A stretch of DNA of 32,000 nt, taken from contig NC_003364.1 of NCBI RefSeq assembly GCF_000007225.1, positions 1,680,001-1,712,000 of the forward strand. Direction: 5' to 3'. Under the pieces are notes generated by a model. That model did not search any database and was not told the DNA's origin. It saw only the letters and a list, made by a program, of their open reading frames with translations. Made by a program: the position numbers and the translations under genes. The DNA is from Pyrobaculum aerophilum str. IM2. Lineage in GTDB: Archaea; Thermoproteota; Thermoprotei; Thermoproteales; Thermoproteaceae. Shown one piece after another: positions 1 to 6,976 of this stretch (positions within the stretch are counted from its first letter, which is position 1; each line of letters opens with the position of its first letter).

Positions 1-1447
1 ATAGGAAGATCCCGCCCGGCTGTTGTATTCTGCCGAGAAGCGCGAGGAGTATTCCCACGGCTCTCCACGTCTGCGGAGAATTGCTATAACGGGGGTCGTG
101 CCACCCTATTGGGGCAACCGCTCTGTATTTGGCGACTATTTCCGCCGCCTTTTTAAGGTCGTCGATATTCACATCGGCCTCTCTCGCCGCGGCCTCAAAG
201 TAGTCCTCCACGCCGTGTTTTTTAGCAAGCGCCGCGAGATTCGCGTCTACCCACTCTTTTAATATAGTCAACGCCGTTTTCACCCTCGCTACAGTCCCGT
301 CTCTAAGCTGGACTTCAAACTGGCCAAATAACGCGGCCGTCTTTGCCACGGCGTCTGGTGCCGGGGCGTTAGTTGCCAAGTCCCACACTACGTACGCAAA
401 ACCGGCGGGCTCTGCCATATTATATTTATCCCAGGCCACCTCAGAGGCCAATAGCGGCAACCCGTTCTCTTTTATTAAAAACGGCGCATTGGTAAATGTC
501 CTTAAATAGTGCTCTACGTAGTAGCCGTTGTCGAGGACGTATTTAATAAAGGCCAGGAGGACAGCTAAATCCGTGCCAGGCTTCACTGGAAGCCACACCG
601 TGGCGTAAGACGCCGTTTCGTCAAACACCGGGCTTAATACTACTAACTTAGCGCCTTTTTTCACCGCCTCCATAAACCGCCACGTGTCTGATACCACGCC
701 TGCGCCAATTACGTTTCTCCTAATTACGAGTATTGCCTCTGCCTCTTTGTAGTCAACGCATACAGTATGGGCTTGGTGTCCGTGGCCCCACGTAACCCAG
801 TGGCCGAGGTAGCGGGGATATGTGCAGTACGGGTTGTCAAAAGTTATTTGACCACAGCCGTAGGTATCTGCAAATCTGCGGATGGAAACAGCGGCGCGCA
901 TAGACGCCGTTGGGCCCCAAGCGCCGAAGAGAAACGTCATTGCGTGCCGCTCGTTATTGTCGGCTAGTTCTTTAAGCTTCTTAGCAATGATCTCAATTGC
1001 TGTTTTCCAGTCAACTTCCACCATGTCGTCATACCCCCCGCGGCTCTGCATTAACTGCCTCTTAGCCTCCTCCCAGCTTATTTTGCCCTCTACCCAGTCG
1101 ACTAGAGCCCTCCTCGCCATGGGCTTCTTAATGGCGTCTGGGTTGAGCCACGCCGTGAAAGTGCCCGAGACACCCCTAGCGCATATCCCCATGGCGCTAG
1201 TGGGGGCGTTGGTATTAGGCCTTATCCTAACGGGCTTTCCATTTACTACGTTGATATATATGGCGCACTGCGCCATACACATGCCGCATATTGAGGGAAT
1301 AGAGACGATATTTGCCGCGGGCGCCTCGGCCTTTGCGCTAGCCGCCTCAGCCGCCGCTTTTAATAAAATTCCCGACACGCCTCCCAATACGCCAATAGTA
1401 ATGCCTGTTTTCAAAACATCTCTTCTAGATATAGACGTACGCTGCAT
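1..1447 (-). CDS. Molybdopterin (DMSO-reductase family) oxidoreductase catalytic subunit, first ~482 codons; the 3' end runs off the window
   Basis: Absent from the ORF track because it stays open to the window edge. My translation from ATG 1447 gives MQRTSISRRDVLKTG (twin-arginine signal), then PSICGMCMAQC...GICARG (CX2CX3C..C FeS motif). It is clearly paralogous to the 816-aa ORF at 7942 (NAPFLIK, PGTD blocks). The + strand ORF 882..1517 is its antisense shadow. Confidence 0.85.
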   Translation of the reverse strand, partial: MQRTSISRRDVLKTGITIGVLGGVSGILLKAAAEAASAKAEAPAANIVSIPSICGMCMAQCAIYINVVNGKPVRIRPNTNAPTSAMGICARGVSGTFTAWLNPDAIKKPMARRALVDWVEGKISWEEAKRQLMQSRGGYDDMVEVDWKTAIEIIAKKLKELADNNERHAMTFLFGAWGPTASMRAAVSIRRFADTYGCGQITFDNPYCTYPRYLGHWVTWGHGHQAHTVCVDYKEAEAILVIRRNVIGAGVVSDTWRFMEAVKKGAKLVVLSPVFDETASYATVWLPVKPGTDLAVLLAFIKYVLDNGYYVEHYLRTFTNAPFLIKENGLPLLASEVAWDKYNMAEPAGFAYVVWDLATNAPAPDAVAKTAALFGQFEVQLRDGTVARVKTALTILKEWVDANLAALAKKHGVEDYFEAAAREADVNIDDLKKAAEIVAKYRAVAPIGWHDPRYSNSPQTWRAVGILLALLGRIQQPGGIFL

Positions 1448-1473
1448 TAATTCTTCAATCAATATAAACTGTG

Positions 1474-1539
1474 TTATTCACTTTGTACATCTAAAGGAAA
1501 AGAAGTATATTCAGTGAAAAATCATGTACACTGTATATA
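1474..1539. promoter_or_regulatory. Operator-like elements upstream of the oxidoreductase gene starting at 1447: TTATTCACTTTG (1474-1485) and the inverted repeat TATATTCAGTG-N12-CACTGTATATA (1506-1539)
   Basis: Read directly from the sequence. The TATA (minus-strand TTTATATT, 1461-1470) lies between these elements and the ATG. The same 11-mer and 12-mer recur at 7863-7902. Confidence 0.5.
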
Positions 1540-1541
1540 AT

Positions 1542-1979
1542 TTAATCGCAGTTTACTTTTATGAACTCCTGCCACTCCTCGCTCTTACAACCTATTCCCG
1601 CAAAGAGTCCCTTCACAGTGTCCCTTACTTGCGGATCGTTTGCGCGAAATGTGTCGGGACTAACTCTGTACACGCCCATTACCTGGGGCCCTATTCTTGC
1701 CATAATGTCAAGAAATTCTTTTGGCTTGTAATAAGCCTTGAGAAGCATTCCTGCATTAACTCCCACTTCATAACCCGCGCGGCCGATGCCTATATTCCGC
1801 GCTATTCTGCAAATGTGGATCATATCAAGTGGATCATACCCGTGATCTACTGCGTCTATTACAGCTGAGAAAACTGCAGAGATCACCTCGGAAGGCCTCC
1901 TCCCTATTTTTCTTATTTTTAAAGAAAACTCTTCAGCAATAGATCTCTCAACGGCAATTCTCGCATATTTTGAAGGCAT
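1542..1979 (-). CDS. Hypothetical protein (145 aa), paralog of the 197-aa ORF upstream
   Basis: ORF with a TATA-like ATTTTTATATG about 18 nt upstream of the ATG on the minus strand. The N-terminal RIAV..(D/S)(I/V)A.E segment and the C-terminal GC...V.C ending are shared with ORF 2014..2607. No family recognised. Confidence 0.5.
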   Translation of the reverse strand: MPSKYARIAVERSIAEEFSLKIRKIGRRPSEVISAVFSAVIDAVDHGYDPLDMIHICRIARNIGIGRAGYEVGVNAGMLLKAYYKPKEFLDIMARIGPQVMGVYRVSPDTFRANDPQVRDTVKGLFAGIGCKSEEWQEFIKVNCD

Positions 1980-2013
1980 GGATTTTATTGTACATCACAT
2001 ATAAAAATTGTAC

Positions 2014-2607
2014 CTAGCAAGTGACTTCTGCCGTCACGGTATTTCCCTCATATATTGTCTTAACGCTACAGCCGAATTGTCTTATTGCCTCCTCAGCGAA
2101 AAAGCCGAGACATTTTACAGACATCTCCCCAGTTGTAGTGAATACTATTCTCCACGTGTTTCCGCTTTTGCTAAACGACAGCCTCGCCACGGGCAACATG
2201 GAGAAGAATTGTGAGACTACTGCCATAAATTCGCTAAAACTTCTAAATTCACTTGCAACTACCTTGCCGAATTTCTCCCCAGTCTCTCTAAGAAATTTCT
2301 CAATTTCCTCGTCTTCACAAACTTTCCACTTCCTCGCCACGAGCTCTAAATACGACAACGGGACGGGCACTACGTCAAAAGCTAATACTTTTTCCATAAG
2401 CTTGAACATCTCCAAGGCCTTTGACGGAGTGATCCCCCTCCTTAAAAGCTCCACGGCGAGTTTTAAAGAGTCAGAGGCCAGTTTAACTACAGAAAAGCCC
2501 TGAGATTTGGCCATTGTAGAAACCTCTTTTGCCACGTCGCTATCAACTGGGACTGTTGTGCGGGACACAGCTATTCTCTTACCTCTCTTATAAATCTTTA
2601 AGCCCAT
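2014..2607 (-). CDS. Hypothetical protein (197 aa), paralog of the 145-aa ORF
   Basis: Long ORF with ordinary amino-acid composition. It shares N- and C-terminal motifs with 1542..1979. The + strand ORF 2021..2503 is a low-complexity antisense shadow. Confidence 0.55.
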   Translation of the reverse strand: MGLKIYKRGKRIAVSRTTVPVDSDVAKEVSTMAKSQGFSVVKLASDSLKLAVELLRRGITPSKALEMFKLMEKVLAFDVVPVPLSYLELVARKWKVCEDEEIEKFLRETGEKFGKVVASEFRSFSEFMAVVSQFFSMLPVARLSFSKSGNTWRIVFTTTGEMSVKCLGFFAEEAIRQFGCSVKTIYEGNTVTAEVTC

Positions 2608-2845
2608 AGGAACGCCTTAAGGCTGAGATTAGTCTATAGGCTTCTTCTAAATCTGTAATGGCAACTTTTTTTAGATAATTTACGAGCGGGAGGAGCGTCC
2701 GCTTTACAGTTGTACGCGTCGCGAGCTTTGCGTTACTGCCCCCAGCCCTTTCGCCCTCCTCTTCTGCAATTTTAAACCAGTATTCTAACAGCTTAGAAGA
2801 AGTCTCCTCCACCCACCTAACACGTAGATATCTGACATGAGACAT
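2588..2845 (-). CDS. Hypothetical small protein (85 aa)
   Basis: ORF on the same strand that overlaps the next gene by 20 nt, an operon-like arrangement. No recognisable family. Confidence 0.35.
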   Translation of the reverse strand: MSHVRYLRVRWVEETSSKLLEYWFKIAEEEGERAGGSNAKLATRTTVKRTLLPLVNYLKKVAITDLEEAYRLISALRRSYGLKDL

Positions 2846-3119
2846 TCAAGACGGTAGATGTAAACAAGGCGTCACATTGGATCTCCCGGTTAAAAAGCGC
2901 CAAAGCTCTGTTGTAGTGTAGCTTGGAATAACCCGCGAGTTATTTTTGATTTTAAATGATCTTGAAATACGTAGCAGTTTTTAAACTTGGCGAAGATCTT
3001 GGCTTGTAAGCGTTGTAGCGTTGTAATTGAAAACGAGCATAACAAAAGCGCCCACCAACGGCGTGTCTCATTTAGTCGGTGTTTTCGCAAAAGCTTAAAT
3101 TTTACAAGTTAAGTTACAT

Positions 3120-3695
3120 GTGGTAAACGTTGATACAATTATCAGCTCGCTTGTAGCCCAAGCTCCTTTAGTAGTTATTGCCATAATACTCCTTTACTAT
3201 AAACTCGATAGGAAAATTGACAGACTTGACCGTAAGATTGACAACATAAGAGTTGGGCTAAGCAGTCAAATTGAGAAGTTAAGCGTCCGCGTTGATGAGC
3301 TTAAGCATGAGGTTAAGTCGTTGGCAAGCGGGTTTTATAACTACCAGAATGCGTTAATCGACCTTCTCGCCGCTAAGGGGCTTGTAACGCTCCCCGAGGC
3401 CGTTTTATTACGCGGGGCTCTAAGGGCGTCTCTGCCCCACGCTATGTCGAAGTACTACACTGAGGAGGTTAGGAAGAGGTTGCAGACGCTGTTGGATAAG
3501 GAGTTGGATCAATACACTTGGGAGGACGTGGCTGAGCTTGAAAATATAGCAAAGCTGATGTACAAGGAGTATATTGCGACTGGGAGGGAGGACCTCCTAG
3601 ACTACTACCCAAAGCTTATGATGTACGCCGCAATAGTCAGAGGGCTTTTGAGGAGGAGGGAAATGGAGAAGAGGCAGGGGCAGGGCGTTGCCTAA
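3120..3695 (+). CDS. Membrane-anchored coiled-coil protein (191 aa), paralog of 6977..7530
   Basis: GTG start about 20 nt after TTAAATTTTA. It has an N-terminal hydrophobic helix (PLVVIAIILLYY), then KIDRLDRKIDN repeats. The C-terminal half aligns with the ORF at 6977..7378 (LLAAKGLVT vs FLGLKGLIT). Confidence 0.6.
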   Translation: MVNVDTIISSLVAQAPLVVIAIILLYYKLDRKIDRLDRKIDNIRVGLSSQIEKLSVRVDELKHEVKSLASGFYNYQNALIDLLAAKGLVTLPEAVLLRGALRASLPHAMSKYYTEEVRKRLQTLLDKELDQYTWEDVAELENIAKLMYKEYIATGREDLLDYYPKLMMYAAIVRGLLRRREMEKRQGQGVA

Positions 3696-3734
3696 CGCCG
3701 ATTTCATCAAAGCTCTAATAGGCCTCAGCTTTCT

Positions 3735-4046
3735 TCAGGGATCTACGACGAGCCCGAAGGCCTCCAGAGTCGCTACGCCTAAAGTTCTCGTCTTCGCCCA
3801 ACGCCGCTGGGGAGCGCCTTTCGCCGTAGCCCGGGAGTTCTATCAACGCCTCCGACACCGCCCTCTTTACCACTGTGCCGTTTGCCAGTACAAACTCCAT
3901 TTCTCCCGGCGGCTTCAGGCACAATCTTCCCACACGCCCCTCTTTAAGACTGTGTACATGACACCAGAATCCACTAGCGCTTTGACTCTTCTGCTCCGTC
4001 TCCCGTGTTTCACTATTACGTCCACGTACATTAATCCCACGTACAA
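3735..4046 (-). pseudogene. Retropepsin-like (clan AA) aspartic protease paralog, disrupted by at least two frameshifts
   Basis: Three minus-strand frames together reconstruct a homolog of ORF 6584..6940. Frame X: LYVGLMYVDVIVKHGRRSRRVKALVDSGVMYTVLKRGVWE. Frame Y (ORF 3715..3933): LCLKPPGEMEFVLANGTVVKR...GEDENF. Frame Z: GVATLEAFGLVVDP, then stop. Confidence 0.55.
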
Positions 4047-4076
4047 GGCGGCTGGCCTGGTTAAATTTACTTCTCC

Positions 4077-4298
4077 CTACAAAACCACTGGTATCTTCGC
4101 CTTTCTTAACAACTCACGAAAGTCTTCAAAATCTAATCCAGAAAGCTGTTGGGCGAGTCTCAAGTCGCCAGTTTCAATATAAAACTTTAAGGCAGCCCTG
4201 TGTCTCTCCGGCAGCGAGTTTATAAAATTCCAATCCGCTTTCTCTCTCCTCAGCCTCCTAGCCTCTTCTTCCCACTCTAACATCTCGTCTGTTGACAT
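4077..4298 (-). CDS. UPF0175-like antitoxin (73 aa), copy 2
   Basis: The C-terminal HTH-like segment YIETGDLRLAQQLSGLDFEDFRELLRKAKIPV resembles the UPF0175 family that pairs with DUF3368-type PIN toxins. It overlaps the PIN gene's 3' end by 22 nt. Confidence 0.6.
   Translation of the reverse strand: MSTDEMLEWEEEARRLRREKADWNFINSLPERHRAALKFYIETGDLRLAQQLSGLDFEDFRELLRKAKIPVVL
4215..4265. repeat. 51-nt exact direct repeat, copy A (inside UPF0175 copy 2)
   Basis: CGAGTTTATAAAATTCCAATCCGCTTTCTCTCTCCTCAGCCTCCTAGCCTC is identical to 4926..4976. Confidence 0.9.
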
Positions 4299-4807
4299 AT
4301 ATACTCCCAGTCTTTTTTCCTAAATAAATGCAATGTCTCTCTTTCGTATTTTCTAAGCTCCTCAACGACGTTATTAATATAGCCGCGGCGCCAAGCCTCA
4401 ACGATGACTTCAAACGCCCTCCAGACAACGACGTTAAGCCCCAGAATCTTGGGGGCAAAATAGGCGCCGCCGTTTTCAGTTAACACCACGTAGCCATACC
4501 TAAGCCCTACGGCGAGGCACACCGCCTCTGGAAAATCGATTCTCTTCAAGGGCCTCTCTCTGCTCATTGCCATTAACCTCCTCGCCTCTGCCTCCAGCTC
4601 CGAGGTCTCGGTGAACAGCGCCATTTTGTCAGAGGCCAAGCTTTCAGCTACCCAGTCCACCGCAGGCGGGAGCTTAATCTCTCTCAAAACCGACTCGGGG
4701 ATAAACACTGTGTCGAAAACCCTGAAGATCAGCTCTCTGTTGGAGTATCTCGCCCAGTCCACGAGAAAAGAGGTATCCGCAATGGCCTCACGTGACGCTT
4801 GGGACAC
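4277..4807 (-). CDS. PIN-domain (DUF3368-like) putative toxin nuclease (176 aa)
   Basis: N-terminal IADTSFLVDW (first acidic PIN residue), later EAEARRL, DFPEAVCLAV and VLTENGG blocks, with an antitoxin-like gene on each side. GTG start at 4807. Confidence 0.65.
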   Translation of the reverse strand: MSQASREAIADTSFLVDWARYSNRELIFRVFDTVFIPESVLREIKLPPAVDWVAESLASDKMALFTETSELEAEARRLMAMSRERPLKRIDFPEAVCLAVGLRYGYVVLTENGGAYFAPKILGLNVVVWRAFEVIVEAWRRGYINNVVEELRKYERETLHLFRKKDWEYICQQTRC

Positions 4808-5003
4808 GGGCCTTGATCCTCAATTCGTTAAACTCGTCGACAGAAAGCCCTGCTATACGCGATGCCACGTATATATCACCAGTCTCTATGTAGTAAAACA
4901 GTGCGGCTTTTAGCTTTGGCGGCAACGAGTTTATAAAATTCCAATCCGCTTTCTCTCTCCTCAGCCTCCTAGCCTCCTCCAACGCCTCAATGATTTCCTC
5001 CAC
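4788..5003 (-). CDS. UPF0175-like antitoxin (about 72 aa), copy 1
   Basis: Only the C-terminal 72 codons of track ORF 4788..5369 look real: VEEIIEALEEARRLRREKADWNFINSLPPKLKAALFYYIETGDIYVASRIAGLSVDEFNELRIKARVP. GTG at 5003. The rest of that ORF is the antisense shadow of 5068..5592. Confidence 0.55.
   Translation of the reverse strand: MEEIIEALEEARRLRREKADWNFINSLPPKLKAALFYYIETGDIYVASRIAGLSVDEFNELRIKARVPSVT
4926..4976. repeat. 51-nt exact direct repeat, copy B (inside UPF0175 copy 1)
   Basis: Identical to 4215..4265. The flanking codons of the two genes are strongly diverged. Confidence 0.9.
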
Positions 5004-5067
5004 GTAGGGATAGAGGAGGGGGGTTAAAAACTCAATAAGCCTTATATACAGGGAGGCGGAGATAGAC

Positions 5068-5592
5068 GTGGACACTGCTGAGCTAAAGCGATTGCTCCGA
5101 GAGGCGGCGAGGGGGAACCTCGCCCTACTCCGGGACATGCCCCTAGAGGCCTTGCGGGAGAAAGCGGCAAAATTGCCAAACCTCATCCTCCGCCTAAAAG
5201 TGGCCTGGCTGGCGAAGTCCCTGCTGGAGGAGGCGGCCCTTCTCAACGTAGCTATAAAAAACGACGTTGCGCAGGGGATCGACGCCGAGGTAAAACGCCT
5301 TGAGGAGAAGACCGCGTCCACAAAGGAGTCGCCGAGAGAAATAACGCGCCTAGAGAGCCGCATAGCCACTGGGGAGCAGTTTGAAGATCTGACCTCGTCT
5401 TTATGGAAGGAGGCGGCGGTGGGCTATGTCAAGGTTAGGGCCAAATGGGCGATAGGACGGCCGGAACTGATGAACAGAAAAGCCGCGCTTGCCCTTTTTA
5501 CACTGGCCGCAAATCCAGATGCGGCGGAGAGGGCAGAGGGGTTGTGGCTCGTTAAATGGGGCTGGGGGTGGGAATATTGGGCACTCCGTTAA
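5068..5592 (+). CDS. Hypothetical helical protein (174 aa), first gene of a two-gene operon with the ATPase
   Basis: GTG start about 19 nt after CCTTATATAC. Its stop codon lies 4 nt before the ATPase ATG. No family recognised. Confidence 0.5.
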   Translation: MDTAELKRLLREAARGNLALLRDMPLEALREKAAKLPNLILRLKVAWLAKSLLEEAALLNVAIKNDVAQGIDAEVKRLEEKTASTKESPREITRLESRIATGEQFEDLTSSLWKEAAVGYVKVRAKWAIGRPELMNRKAALALFTLAANPDAAERAEGLWLVKWGWGWEYWALR

Positions 5593-5596
5593 TGCC

Positions 5597-6577
5597 ATGT
5601 ACTGCGGCTTCCGCGTGAGGTTCGTGGGGCGTTACGTGTGTTTCTCAAACCGTTTAACAGAGCTGGAAGAACTTTTGGAAATGGCCAGGCGCGGCCTCTC
5701 TATGCCTCTTTTGATATACGGGCCGGAGGGCTGTGGGAAAACAGTCTTATTGAGGTATTTATACCAGAGGCTGGCAGAGGGGTATGAATACGTAATTTAC
5801 TACTCTCCTCTACACGGCGTCGACGAGGGCCTTGTATCTACTGACGACGTGAAAAAAGCCGTAATATCGCTTGCAAACGCCTTTGGCGGGACTCTGGCGG
5901 CTGTGGCGGAGGCCGTTTTGGCAGTGGGCGAGTTGTTGGCCAAAAGGCTGGGGGTGAGGAGGGCCGGCGGCATTGCAATACTACTCGACGACGTATTCCA
6001 AGCGGTTGGAAGCGTTGAGTTATACGTAAAAAAGGCACTGACGGTGGTGGAACACCCCCCAATTGAAGTAGATAAAACGTTTGTAATAATAGCGTCGTCA
6101 GAGGGAGTCGGCTTGGAGGCCGTCGGGAGACACCTATGGACAAATATAAAAACACTGTGGAATTTAGATAAAGAGGGTTTTAAAGAGCTTATAAGCCAGA
6201 TAGGGGGAGATGTGGAGCGGCTGTGGAAGCGGTCTGGGGGAAACCCCAGGGCTGTGGAGCTACTCGGCGACGAGGGGTGGTCTGTGGAAAAGGTAATTAA
6301 AAAGATGTACAGGGCTGACAACATTGACTTGAAGCTATTGGCCAGACATAAAGCAATAGTCGAGAGGGCTGTGGAGGATCCCGACGCGCTGCTCGAAGCG
6401 CCGCAGGAATTAACGCGCTATCTCCTTTCAAAAAACTTAGTGGCGAGAATAATTGACCCCATAAGGCGAATTGAAAGAGATAAAGAGCTGGGGATCGGCG
6501 AGGAGTACGCCTGGCAAACGCCGCTACACCGGAGTGCTGTGGAAATAGCACTGCGGCAATTGAAAGGGGCGCCGTAA
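5597..6577 (+). CDS. P-loop NTPase of the archaeal ATPase (Arch_ATPase/AAA-like) type
   Basis: FVGR...ELEELL, then Walker A (YGPEGCGKTVLL) and Walker B (AILLDDVFQ). I place the start at ATG 5597 rather than track start 5489, which overlaps the upstream gene. Confidence 0.7.
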   Translation: MYCGFRVRFVGRYVCFSNRLTELEELLEMARRGLSMPLLIYGPEGCGKTVLLRYLYQRLAEGYEYVIYYSPLHGVDEGLVSTDDVKKAVISLANAFGGTLAAVAEAVLAVGELLAKRLGVRRAGGIAILLDDVFQAVGSVELYVKKALTVVEHPPIEVDKTFVIIASSEGVGLEAVGRHLWTNIKTLWNLDKEGFKELISQIGGDVERLWKRSGGNPRAVELLGDEGWSVEKVIKKMYRADNIDLKLLARHKAIVERAVEDPDALLEAPQELTRYLLSKNLVARIIDPIRRIERDKELGIGEEYAWQTPLHRSAVEIALRQLKGAP

Positions 6578-6583
6578 GGCGGA

Positions 6584-6940
6584 TCAAATGAGGTACATCC
6601 CAATTTTCTCCAGACGGCCGGTTCTGGGGTCGACGACGTATCCAAGCCTTTCCAAAGCGTAGACGCCAATTAAAACGTCGAGGGGGAGCTCGTCTAATAT
6701 CTCCACAAAAGCCTCAGTCTCCTCGCCGTTGATTTTAACCACAGCCACAGCCACTCCAGTCTTGACCACTCTGCCGTCTGCCAAAACCCGCTCCCTAGTC
6801 CTAAACGGCCTCAGCCCCGCCTCCTCAGCCACCCTCCTACTGACAACCAGCTCCCCGTTAAAGCCGGTATCTACAAGCGCCCTATACCTCCTGCCCGAGA
6901 TTTCCACCTCGGCAAAAGTTATGCCCACGTGAAAAGCCAT
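6584..6940 (-). CDS. Retropepsin-like (clan AA) aspartic protease domain protein (118 aa), intact copy
   Basis: ALVDTGF catalytic-type D-T-G motif plus the C-terminal VLIGVYALERLGYVVDP block typical of small archaeal/bacterial retropepsin-like proteins. Confidence 0.65.
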   Translation of the reverse strand: MAFHVGITFAEVEISGRRYRALVDTGFNGELVVSRRVAEEAGLRPFRTRERVLADGRVVKTGVAVAVVKINGEETEAFVEILDELPLDVLIGVYALERLGYVVDPRTGRLEKIGMYLI

Positions 6941-6976
6941 TTGAGGCTTTATAATTTTAAGTTGCGAAGGCTTTGC

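Noticed and set aside
882-1517. A 211-aa + strand ORF, and similar long ORFs antisense to real genes: 2021..2503, 5800..6324, 10963..11598, 13130..13465, 17149..17634, 22969..23544, 27556..28188, 28721..29185.
   Set aside because: They have low-complexity Ser/Thr/Ala/Pro-rich composition, no recognisable motifs, and each lies fully inside a strongly supported gene on the other strand. These are shadow ORFs.
2846-3119. Short repeated words (GTTGTAG(T/C)GT x2, GATCTTG x2) in the 270-bp divergent intergenic region, as a possible ncRNA or operator.
   Set aside because: The repeats are short and imperfect, with no C/D-box or hairpin support. They are kept only as a note.
5004-5369. The N-terminal 120 codons of track ORF 4788..5369.
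   Set aside because: The composition is Arg/Ser/Ala-rich and the region is antisense to ORF 5068..5592. Similarity to the UPF0175 paralog starts only at GTG 5003.
5489-5596. The track start of the ATPase ORF, which overlaps the upstream gene by 104 nt.
   Set aside because: The overlapping part (MPFLHWPQIQMRRRGQRGCG..) looks non-genic. ATG 5597, immediately after the upstream stop, precedes the conserved FVGR..GPEGCGKT region.
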